DNA from: Macrostomum lignano
Taxonomy: Eukaryota
Length of the DNA: 64,000 bases
NCBI GenBank assembly: GCA_002269645.1
Contig: NIVC01003357.1
Location: 1-64,000 of the forward strand
Direction: 5' to 3'
The notes below the pieces were generated by a model that was not told the DNA's origin, made no database searches, and saw only the letters and a program-made list of their open reading frames with translations. The position numbers were made by a program, and so were the translations under genes. Positions 37,601 through 58,773 of this stretch are shown in pieces; position 1 is the first letter of the stretch; each line of letters starts with the position of its first letter.

Positions 37601-40600
37601 GCTATACTTATATTAAACCAGATAGGCTTTAGGCTAAGCTTAAAAATCAATCAATATGATAAGTTAACAAAAACTTTACAATCATTATTTTAATTTATTT
37701 TGTCATCTAAGGTTTTCTATGCAATAGCTTGTTTATTTACTAGTACTAAACTAGCAATCAGTGGCCCCTATTGGGAAGCCAAAAAATGCAATACAAGTTT
37801 TTTAATAAACTACATGTAGCATCTCTTTGCAATGTACCTCAGCAGTCCCTTGTAAGCCTTGACATGTCAGCAATTCCCCCCACAAGCCTTAACATATCAA
37901 CTTCCCCCTTGACATCTCAGCAATTCCTTCCATAAGCTTTGAAATCTTAAAAAATCTGTCAACCTTCTAACCCTAACCCAAACCTAACCCTAACCCTAAA
38001 GCATTGACAGTTTAGTAATTCTCCCCAAGAGTTATTATCACAGAATATATACAGAATGGCAAATCCCACATTTTGAGAAAATTTCTTGCACAAGAATGAT
38101 ATACTATACTGGCTACTCTTTTAGTCTTGTGAAGAAAAACTAAGTTGGCTGAATGGTACTTTACCAATTCTTTGCCATTTATTGCAGGCTTGTCCCACAG
38201 AATATAGGAAGGCTTGATAGAACCAACCCACCCTCTCTAAACTATGCTATTTTTAGAAACATAACCTTAAGGCTGGCCTTGCCTTCTGCTACCTCTGTGC
38301 TCTAAGTTAGTGCCATGGACAGCATGCCTTGGATGTTTTAGCATGAGCTTGTGGCATGAAAGCATGCAGGTCAAATGCATTATTGATTGTGCTAGCCTGT
38401 CTTTGCTATATTGCATTCTCTATGGCCTAAGCTGGTGCTGCTGAAGCTAGGTTTGGCTTCAAAAGTGCTAATTCAAAAGTTTGAATATGCAGCTTATTGT
38501 GATACTGTTTTGCTACCTGAGCAATCCCTTATGAGTCTTGACATCTCAGCTATTCCCCTCGCAAGTCTTGACATCTTAGCTATTCCCCTTTTTTTACATG
38601 ATGCTTCTTCTATCAGCACCCCCCGTGGCAAGCCAACAAAGAATGTAATAAAAAATTGAGAAAACTACATATAGTTTCTGGCTTTTGCCTTGACATCTCA
38701 GAAATCCCCCATAATCTTTTACATCTCAGTTATTCTCTATGAGCCTTGATATCATAGTAATTTTCCTCAAGAGTCATAGTACAGTTTTATGTGATGCTTC
38801 TTTTATTTTTGACATTTAACAGAAACTACAAAGGTGCCAAGGTCAGGATTGTGTACCACTGTACGCCGGAATGAAAATTGCTTCCGTAGCTCATGCATGC
38901 CAATGTATGCCAACGAAATTTTTATCGCATACAAAAATATGCCAAAATAAAGATGACAAATTACAACTAATATTAAAAGCTAGCAAAATTTTAACATTCA
39001 AACAACCTGTGTTAAACCTGAAAATCTTTTTACTAAACTGTAGACAATTAGTTCATTTTAACTATTTTTGTTTTACTTTTACTTTCTTGGAAAGGTTAAA
39101 CCCAGTTTTTTTTATTTAGTTTTCTGTTTTTTTTTTGTAAAGGGCCAGCCAAATTTTTTCTGATCAAAATTTAGCTAAATGTACATGGAAACAATGCCAA
39201 ATGCAAACTTAATCATTTTTGTATGCTAATTATGTAGATTGATTGTTGGGACTTAGAACTTTTGGTCCCACCTGCTGGTCTTGGCAATCTCTATACGCCA
39301 AGCTGTATGCCAAGAGGGCATGCCAGGCGCCTTTGTATGTCAAGTTGTACACCAATGTGTAATCTAGGTCCCTCTGTATATCGGAAAATTCCAACGTACA
39401 TATATGGGCATTTCCGCCAAATAGGGACACAAATTGTGTCCGAGTGTGCAAAGAAGAAGAAAAATGTTGAAAACAGGAAATCTAACTAGAATTTGTTATT
39501 AAATTTCTTTTTTTATCTTGTAGAAGCACAAGAAATTTTCTGGTAACAATAAAAGTTGCCGATAAAAGTTATACTGATCTAAGAAGACGATTAATACCGT
39601 AGGAGCATAAAATTTTATATTGAGGCGTAATTGCTTGCTTATAATTAACTTTCTTTCAGTCAATAATTTTTTAATTGTTTCTTAATGCTTTTAATCAACT
39701 TTTTAATTCAGATTTTGTTATTTTTGCGCATAAGTTCATACGATATTTTTTAACTTTGTCAAAATGTTTTTTTCTGCGTGATATACCGAACGTAAATCTC
39801 TAATTTTACTTTTCAGTAACTAGCCGATCACCGTAATTATTCAGAAGTTCCAGTGCAACTTTGCAAGCAGCAAGCAATGCATATGCTTCCACAATCTAGA
39901 GAAAGTTTTTCTGAAGCAATATTACAAGTAAATGTGGGGAAAATTGATTTAGTACTATGTAAATTAATATCTACATACTATAGTGCAAAATGTAAATTAC
40001 ATTTTTATTGATAAATAAACAAGAAATTAATGTGAAACTGTTTTATTTTCCAGCTTTTATACTTAATGATAGTCTTGTAAGACTGATTTTGAGAAAAAAA
40101 ACTAGCGAAAAAAAAATAAAGGGTACAACATGAAAATACATCTCGTGTAAGTAGTGTGCTTACTACATTTAAATGTTAATATTTAAGGTATTTTGACAGA
40201 TTAAGGTTCAGCAGACCACTTTTTGTGAAGCTCTGTATGTCGGCAATCCATAAATATATCGTTTTCAGCTAATGAAAAGCACTAAAAAAAATTATTGGGT
40301 ACAACATGAGTACAATCTTGTGGTTAAGATGTCACATCGAAAAAAATTAATGTCTTAGAAAAATGTATTAAGCAAATTCTATTGCTAAAAAATATACTGA
40401 TACATCATCGCAAAGATGTTTTCCTTCATTTAAGCTAAAAAACGTGTAGATTGAAAGCCTTATGAGTAAATGAGAGGGTACAACATGAGTACAAACGATA
40501 CAAAAACTTACCGTTTATAATTTTTGGTATAGCAAGAAAACTGACAAAAATCAATGATTTCTTGCAGGTGTTGTGACGAAAAGGAATGATTTTAACAAAG

Positions 40601-41602
40601 TTTAATGTGTTTTTTTCATGAAACAAAGAGAATTACTATCAACAATGTTTTTTCGCTCTTTTATTCAATGTTGAAGTTAAAAATTGTGTGTTTGGACATC
40701 CAAAAAAGTGGCGTCTACGTAAGTTTAAAATGGTTTATTCAACATTAATTTTGCGATTAACAATCTTTAAATAGCTTTAAATTGAGCAAAAGTGGTTGTA
40801 TTTTTCAGTTTAAGTCCTTGTTTGACTTCAATTAGCTGGCTTAAGCTACAATTCATCATTTTCTGTTTGTTGAAGTGTAATTTTCCGATAGTGCCTAATT
40901 GGCGGAAATGCCCATATACTATCCGGAGTCTAGCAAAGGTGGATATTCCTGGACTTCAAAGACTTCTAACTTGTATCTTGATTAATATGTTGTTATATTA
41001 GTGTATGTCTTATACACCAAAGACCAAATTATGCCAAAGTAAATACACATTATAACTACTTTGCTTGCACTAGTATATAACAAAATATTAATCAGGATAC
41101 AAGAAAAGGTCTTAAAATCTAGAATATTCATCACTAAACAAATATATACTTGTGTTAGCAATTTAACTGGACAAAAAGCAAAAAGGCTATTTGTCCAGTC
41201 ACTCAACAAAAAATAACTGCTAAAATTATTAATTAGTAATTATCTATTTATTAAGCTAAAACTAAAAGTGTCATTTCAATGAGTGTTTCATTGACATAAT
41301 TTCATTTAGGATACATAAAATAAGTTTGATTTTTAGAACCTATCAAATAAATTTATGTACTTAGATTATCCCAAGTCAAAGACAAGTCAATTAGTCAAAG
41401 GACAAGGTTCATTATTGTCTGCCTAGATAAGCCAGTCCACACATTATCTGAAGTTAGCAACCATTTAAAAAGCATACAGGAACTTTTAAAAATTATTCAA
41501 AACAATGCACACGTTGCAACTTACAATTTCCTTGACACTGACTTCGGCTAGATTTGACATGCTCAAATCCAATTCACGACCATCGACGTGCTTCTTGTAC
41601 AT
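34673..41602 (-). CDS. LRRC59: LRRC59-like leucine-rich-repeat, coiled-coil, tail-anchored protein (about 314 aa, 4 exons)
   Basis: Exons 41602-41525 (MYKKHVDGRELDLSMSNLAEVSVKEI), 36036-35977 (KALSKVDTIDLSCNNLEQLP), 35844-35524 (...LDLSKNRL...LRWLDLKDN...AGDCLDERGCRRCATNVVAHMRQV..ERERQ) and 35158-34673 (charged coiled coil and hydrophobic TM segment). All introns are phase 0 GT-AG. Confidence 0.92.
35260..35478. repeat. 21-bp minisatellite in LRRC59 intron 3
   Basis: Unit TATGGCATGAGAATGGGAGGC, about 10 copies. Confidence 0.95.
36593..36855. mobile_element. MITE, P-element-like ends, 263 bp
   Basis: TIR CACAGAATATAC / GTATATTCTGTG and a perfect 8-bp TSD GCATAGAC. Confidence 0.85.
36915..37085. 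mobile_element. Palindromic (foldback) miniature repeat; partial copy at about 47985-48092
   Basis: TGCAACC..CATTTCTATTGGCAACA..CATGTAAG mirrors CTTACATG..TGTTGCCAATAGAAATG..GGTTGCA. The right two-thirds recur at 47985-48092. Confidence 0.75.
37967..37999. repeat. Short interstitial (TAACCC)n telomere-like tract
   Basis: CTAACCCTAACCCAAACCTAACCCTAACCCTAA. Confidence 0.75.
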
Positions 41603-42129
41603 TTTAGATTTTTTTTGTTCACTGTTGTTATCTAAGCTAAAGAATTTTTTAAGTCAAAAGATTTAGAGTGTTCAGTTTGCTTGAAACTTACAATTTACAC
41701 ACACAAACTAACAATAGAGACAGCTGGTTCATGGCCAAAATCTACTATATATAAAGATTTTTGCTTGCGTGCTAAAAAACTAAAAGCGTTCTCAAAGTTC
41801 GTTATTTACGAAAATTAAATAACTAAATTTAATATACTTAAATGAGGAGACTAGTAATTACACTTCTGACAAAACTATATTAATTTTAGTGTAGGAAATG
41901 GTATGGTTGAGCTAAGCTAAAAATCCGAAAGTCGGGAGGTAAAGCAATGGTTTCTATCGCTAAGTAAATTTTTAACTGCTAGACTATTTGCATCACTAGA
42001 AATAATTACATTACGCATGTATTAATGGAAGTGCACAGCTACTGTATATGCAGATAACAAACTTTTCCCAACTTCTAGCCATTTTGCTTGGTTATATATA
42101 TATTACTTTATATATAGATATAGATTGCC

Positions 42130-42570
42130 CAAGGACGACTTAAGTAGAAGGACGGGAAACCTCTTGAAGGCAGGTTTTCTCGAAAAAATACACAAACGAA
42201 GTTTTCATTTTTCAGCACAAAAATTGTTATTGCTTTTTATAGAAGGCAGATCCAGTGTTCATCTTTAGATTTATGGATATCGATAAAGCAATAAGAAAGG
42301 CAATAAATAACCTATGTAGAATATAGACTATACTGTGCTATATTCAGTAATAATGTTGACCCAAGTTTGGTTCACACAAATCATGTCATGACATGACTCA
42401 ACAACATATCAAAAGATGAACACTGGATCGGCCTGCAACCAAAAGCAATAACAATTTTTGTGCTGAAAAATGAAAACTTCCAATCTGCGTAGTTTATTTT
42501 TTCGGAAAAACCTGACTTCAAAAATTTTCCAAGAAACGAGGTTTCCCGTCTTCTACTTAAGTCGTCCTTG
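42130..42570. mobile_element. MITE with about 150-bp TIRs (hAT- or P-like)
   Basis: Termini CAAGGACGACTTAAGTAGAAG and CTTCTACTTAAGTCGTCCTTG, with a perfect 8-bp TSD AGATTGCC. Confidence 0.9.
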
Positions 42571-44270
42571 AGATTGCCACGTGTATACTAAACGCTGGCA
42601 GCGATTGTAAGTTGAGCACAATAAAGGCTCTTAATTCGAGTAAACATCAGGCAATTGTATTGTAGCTCTTCAGTTCTTGGTTTGAAGCAGAGCCCAAAGT
42701 GACCATTGCAGTACATGTATATGTACAGCCAGTAAGCTAGCTAACCTATTGCATTTATGTGGAAATGTTCTCTCAAGTTAAATACACACTAACACTGAAA
42801 GCCCATAATGAAAAGCTATACATGTACTCAACGAGGTCATAAAACGTTAAAACTGGAAACCTGCGTAAGACTTAGAATATTAAATAAAAATACAAATAAA
42901 TCGCACACAAAGTGCATTGCATTCTTCACCAGAAAGCGAATCAAGCTAAAAATCAGCGCTGTATATTATTCGTACAAGATCGCATATTGATACTGTAAAT
43001 ACGATTTATAAATAGAAGCAAAAAACGTCTGCACCTAAACGAATTAGCCGAACGCCTGGTGGAATTTAAATATTATAATTCATCCCGTTATAATAAATAG
43101 GTATTAACACCACTTGAATTATTCGCATATTACGTTGTAGTAATACATTTTTTAGTATAGCGGATCTGTCTATTAACCGAATTGATAAGATAGGTACATG
43201 AGCAATAGTGCATATTTAAGAAAACACCCGCTGGTAGGCGACGTGAAGGAGAATATACACAAAGCTTGTACAACCGAAATTACAGCGACGCATTATTTTA
43301 TACTCTTAAAAATCTAAACATTAGTAGAGTACGAGCGATGCGGTGCACGAAGCTTGATGTGATAAAAATAATTTTATGCGAGTTAATAAATAAATATTGC
43401 CGGTTAAGGCACGGGCATGCAACAATTATTATATCTGATTGATAGCAATTCGACTGCAGTCAATCCTATCATTGGATCGCACATCCTGCACACGCTAAAC
43501 AGTAACAAATATATCGATTTTTAATTGACAGAAGTGCAAGCAGATAAATTTGTACTCTCACGAGTAGATGGACTAATTAAACCAAATCGAAAATATACAC
43601 TGTAAATTCTATAAATATGGCATTCTAATCAGCTGCACCATCTCCATAAAAATAACAGGTAAATATTACAATATTAACCCAAATCAGCAAAAACGACACA
43701 AAACAAGTACTAAAAGTAGCCAATCTACACTGAAACTGAAATTCTACAAAAAGCTCACATTCTGTACACAAAGCAGGTAGCTACACTACTATATGTACTA
43801 TATGATGCGCTCGCGCACACAGCAGAAACAGAGATAGGCCTCCAGGAGAGACGAGGACAAACAATCTAAAGATTAAACAAAAATCATAGTTAAACAAATC
43901 ATCTTCAAGAACGCGAGGATATCATAATAATTATGACTAATAATATGATAAAAATAGAAATAAACTCGCAAATTGCTGCATAAAAGCATAAATTTACAAT
44001 AAATAAATAAATCCTGTCTGCGCATAGAACAGAGAGATAAGCGAGTGAGTATTAGCTAGTGGAACTGCAATCCACAGCATAAGGAAATACGCGCTAAATC
44101 TTCGAGCAATGCTTGAGGATTGAGGACAAAAAACATCTGGTCTAGTTAAGACAGACAAAAAGTTCCTTCGTCACTGAGACGAATTACAATCGGAGTAAGC
44201 GGGAAAGATAAACAAATAAACTGTACTCTGCTTTACCAAAGTCTCAATAACAGAGAAGACGCAACTCATG

Positions 44271-54219
<9,949 letters not shown>

Positions 54220-55483
54220 TTTGTTAGGGCCTAATAAAAGTTGTTGACACTGGACAATACAGTAGGAAACTATTATTAGCCTCTGGCTTAGAAGCAAGCA
54301 ATCAAGGTTTAACAAAGCCTGGCAAAACAAGGCCCTATGGATATTAGACTGCCCTAGACGACCGGATTGCCCATTAATTATTGTGATTGTAATTCAATTG
54401 GAAAAATTGTAAAAATTGCAATTCGCTCGTGCAATCAGCTTGCAATCTAGATAAGTGCCTAAGAACCGTCTTATTCTACTGATAAGTAGTCAAGTTAAAA
54501 TTGGGGACTTGCGATAATTGCAATCCGATTATAAGAACATAGCAGAAAAAAGTGTTACTATGTTTTTATATATTCAAATACTTCTACGACCATATACAAT
54601 ATTTATTTAATGAAAATATCTTTATTTTTATAGGTTCTGATAATGTATACTGTTGTTGTTTTACTTCGCATTAAAATAATGATCTAACCAAAATAAGTAA
54701 ACGTCTTGCCGGGTATAATTTTCTTTGCGGCAAATGTGGACTACTACAGCGAGCGAAGGCTCCGACGGCGCTTCTTCTTCAAAGTTTCAACATCTGTACG
54801 AACAGAACCATTTGTTCTTTTAACTTTCTCGTAGTGTGTTTATATTCAGTCTCAGTCTAAAGTTTTTTCTTTTCGCACTGAATTTAATTTTTAACATTCA
54901 CAATGCATAAAGCAAATGTAGATGCCAAGGGCAAGGCTATGCCATTCTAATGATTACATTATGGACCTAATATTTGTTGTGTGATTCAGGTTATTCATTC
55001 ATTCAGTCCATTCAGGGGCTGTTCAAAAATTGTAGCTATATTTAGCTATATTTAGTTTTTAGCTATATTGCCTCTAAGTCAAATCAAAATTGAAACACTC
55101 CTAATCCTTTAAAGTTTAATAGTGATATCATTTTTGGGTAATAGTTTGCTCTTTTTGAAATTTTAAATGCCAGTTTTTTCTTTTGGTAATCCTGCTTTAT
55201 ATTCTAGATTTTCAACTTCCATCCTATTCAAAAGCTAGTACTATTCATATATAATATAATATATATTATATTGTCTCTTTATTCTATTTGCATGTATTTG
55301 CTTAGGCCTACTATAAAATAAATTGCTCTCTCTAGACTAGTAGTCCAATGAGTCTATACCTATGCTACCAAGTACCTTAGGCCTAGGCCTAACTTTAATT
55401 AAATTGAATTGTTATGCTATGGAACCTTGAATAGCTACTAGGTATAGCTAGTTTTGAAATATAATTTGAACATTGAAGACTTG

Positions 55484-56087
55484 GAATCTGGTCCATTTCA
55501 GCAACAAACCATTTCGGCGACACCCATTTTGGTGACAGGTAAATTTGGCGACAACCATTTCGGCAACAGTTCTTAAATAGGATTTTGAATGTATTCTTAT
55601 CTCATAGGACATAGCTACAAAACATTTCAGAACTTACACAAATTTACAACCTTTGGTTTGATTAAGTGTTGTTAAAACGAATTATAGTGTAAAACAATTT
55701 ACATTAAACTTTATAAGCTTTGTTAAAACTATGTTAAAACAATTTTTAATGTAAAACTTAAAACAAATGAATTATAATTTGAAATTAATGTTTTTAAGAA
55801 ACAAGAAAATTAAAATTCCAATTCAAAATTACAATTCGTGTATGATGTTTACTCTTCCACGGGTGCATTCATGCCACTGCATGCAAGCAGCGCCTCAAGA
55901 GTTCTGGTGCTGGCTTCGTACTCTGCCCAATAGTTTCAACAAAATGCCTGCTAGGGGGGTCATGTCAGCTGGGGATAGTTTATCGTATTGTAGATACTTG
56001 TAATTTTTCTATCATATTTGTCAAGGAAATGGTCGTCGCCAAATTGACCTGTCACCAAAATAGGTGTCGCCGAAATGGACAGGTACC
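55484..56087. mobile_element. MITE nested in the CACTA element (MULE- or hAT-like)
   Basis: About 70-bp TIRs built from CCATTTCGGCGACA repeats, with an 8-bp TSD AAGACTTG. Confidence 0.8.
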
Positions 56088-56649
56088 AAGACTTGAAGTA
56101 GCTAAGCAACAGGCCTACTAGACTATAATAAGCAGTAAGGGTGGGCCTAATACTAATTGGTACTGGTATCCTTTTTTAATTGAACTATTACCTATGCCTA
56201 TGCTATGGGTATGGCTATGTTTAGATAGCTATTATATTAGCTATAGGCCTAGTTTATAGTAGAGCTACTATAGTTAGGCTATACAACATGTCAACAATGC
56301 TATAACAGTAAAAACTAGCTACCCTGTGGATCTATATTTTGATATGTTCTAGCTATTTTCTTTTTTACACAATGCTGAAGTCATTAAAATTGTAAACATG
56401 CAAAGGTAATGAAAATAGATACATGATTAAAATTTTATTGAATATATTGTGTTCATATTAATAGTCTATAGAGTATAGACTATATAATCATTATGTCCAG
56501 TATAGCTATTTAAGAAAAAGTAATTAATTAATTGACAAAAAATAGATAGCTATATAGCTCTAGTATCATAGTAGTATTGATCTATATTTTGTTTATTTGA
56601 TTTCGTTGGTATAGTAAAAAAGCTTAAATATTTATTCATCTTTTCAGTT

Positions 56650-57894
56650 ATGGAAACTTCTCGACACGTTAATTCTCGCTCAAGATCATCCAACAAGCTT
56701 GACAAGTTTGCAACTCTAAGTTTTGACCATGTCATTCTCTGGTTCCCAAAGACAAATTCCCATAGTGGACCTATTTATATAAATTCTAGCTTTCTTAGCC
56801 ATTTCGACAAGGCTGAGAAAATGGAATTTAAGGAGCGTCAACAAATCAAGATTCGTGAAAAGAATGGATTCCATGATGCCATTATTGTGAAGCTCGGCAC
56901 TTATGCAAAAATTAAAATTGCTGAACAAACTATTGACCGCCTTGCTGAAGAAGGTTATAGTACTGAGACAATTTTTGAGAGACTTGATAATGAAATGTCT
57001 GTTGATTTGGATACACGAACACGAACCTCTGCTACCTATTTGATAGATAGTGATAGCAATGAAGGTGATGATGAAGAAAATGATGAGAACTATGTGCCAC
57101 CTGATGACAGGTCTACAACTTCTAAGCCTCCTTTGACAATTACTAGCCAGACTATGTCTTTGGAAAGGCAGAAGGAAGCGGATTTGTTCAAGTCTTATGG
57201 CAATGTGATTGTGGAGCCACCACTTAAGAAAGCTAAGAGTGCAAGTTGTGACCTTATTGCTAATGCTAAGAGTGGTGCCTGTGCACCTTTGTACTCATCT
57301 ACACCACCTAGAAAACCACAGGATGTTGCCCTAGCTCAATGTATGAGACCAAGTAGCTCTTTTGTGACTTTTACAGAGCCAGCCACTGCTGCAGCAAGCC
57401 CACTTGCTCAGGGTTCCAAACTTCAAGCACCTGAGCCTAAAGTGTCAGATTTGCTTTTGCTTGAGGCTCGAGTACAAACTGGATTGTTGAAAAAGATCAT
57501 CCGGCTACAGGAAGAAGGAAATGAATTGCTCAGACAAGGGTTTGGTTTCAATGATGAGGTTGTGAGCAAAGAAGATCAAGTTATTGCTGGTTGTGATGGC
57601 CGACCCTTCCGCCTGTCTCAGTTACCATTGCCACCTAACCTTTTTGCTCGTGAGTTTGTACTCCGCAAATTTGGTGAACAGCTTTGTGAAACAACAATTA
57701 TTGAGCCACATGGCAGAAGTGAAAGGATTGCTATGGATGTTGATTCGGTTCAAGCTATCAGGTCTGTTCTTGACCATTGGTTTGGAACTGGCTATTCTTG
57801 GAAGTTCGTAAGGAATTCTCTAAACCAAATGTTCCGAGACATGACCAACAGAAAGAAGGAAAGTGATGACAAGAAGAAAGAAACCAAGAAGTAA
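56650..57894 (+). CDS. CACTA accessory protein with a C-terminal BEN-like DNA-binding domain (414 aa)
   Basis: Intact ORF inside the element. The C-terminal LFAREFVLRKFGEQL...RIAMDVDSVQAIRSVLDHWF..YSWKFVRNSLNQMFRD resembles the BEN pattern by eye; no HMM was run. Confidence 0.65.
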   Translation: METSRHVNSRSRSSNKLDKFATLSFDHVILWFPKTNSHSGPIYINSSFLSHFDKAEKMEFKERQQIKIREKNGFHDAIIVKLGTYAKIKIAEQTIDRLAEEGYSTETIFERLDNEMSVDLDTRTRTSATYLIDSDSNEGDDEENDENYVPPDDRSTTSKPPLTITSQTMSLERQKEADLFKSYGNVIVEPPLKKAKSASCDLIANAKSGACAPLYSSTPPRKPQDVALAQCMRPSSSFVTFTEPATAAASPLAQGSKLQAPEPKVSDLLLLEARVQTGLLKKIIRLQEEGNELLRQGFGFNDEVVSKEDQVIAGCDGRPFRLSQLPLPPNLFAREFVLRKFGEQLCETTIIEPHGRSERIAMDVDSVQAIRSVLDHWFGTGYSWKFVRNSLNQMFRDMTNRKKESDDKKKETKK

Positions 57895-58773
57895 TTATTT
57901 GTGACAACTGTAGTGCCACTGATGACTTACTTTTGGGCCTAGTTGACTACTATTATAATTTTTGCTAATGTTTTCATTCTTTTTTGTTTATGCTAGTGCA
58001 ACAAAGGAGTTGGAGTCTGGGATTGAATCCTTTCTGCAGGAGGACCAAAATATTTTTAGAGGGGACAAAGCAGATTTCTCACCAAAGGAGCCCTGCCCTT
58101 GAACCATATCTGCAACTGTCCAGGATGATTTTCCTTTGGACTGCACCCCCCCCCCCCGAAATGCTAGTTATGCCAAGCCCTAGTGATAGCTTTGACAGTA
58201 AAGTGTATTGATGTTTCAAAAGAACAGACTTTTACTTGGTATTGTTTATCAATAGCAGTGAGTGATGATGAAAAAAATTATTAAAACTATAATAAGCCAC
58301 AAGTCATCACAGTTCAAAGAGTGATACTAGGGCAAGCTGAATAGGTCCACGATTTCCTATAGACTATTACTAGCCAAATGTGTCCTTAGATAACCATTTA
58401 ATAGCATTTTTGTCCTTGTTTTGTTAGTGACATTATTTATTCTTGTTTGGTTAATAACATTATTTATTCTTGTTTGGTTAATGACATTATTTATTACTTT
58501 TATGACATTAGCTCAATAATCAATAAACGTTGGAGGCATTCATCATGTGCACATTTTCATTGTATGCTCAATCACATTGATTCATTTGTTTCTCTTTGTC
58601 CGTTTAAAATATTTTAAGACCTATAGGTTTTGTGATGCTAGAATAACAAAATAATTTAATATTCTATCGTGCATTTTTATGGTGCTCTAATTTTTATTCT
58701 CTCTGAAAAAAACTGTTCTACCTGTTAATAGTGAAATCTGTTTTAAACACCATTTGCAGCACTTCAACCCTCA

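Noticed and set aside
41785-41805. GCGTTCTCAAAGTTCG resembling the Sola TIR
   Set aside because: It lacks the terminal GGG, and no partner end or TSD was found.
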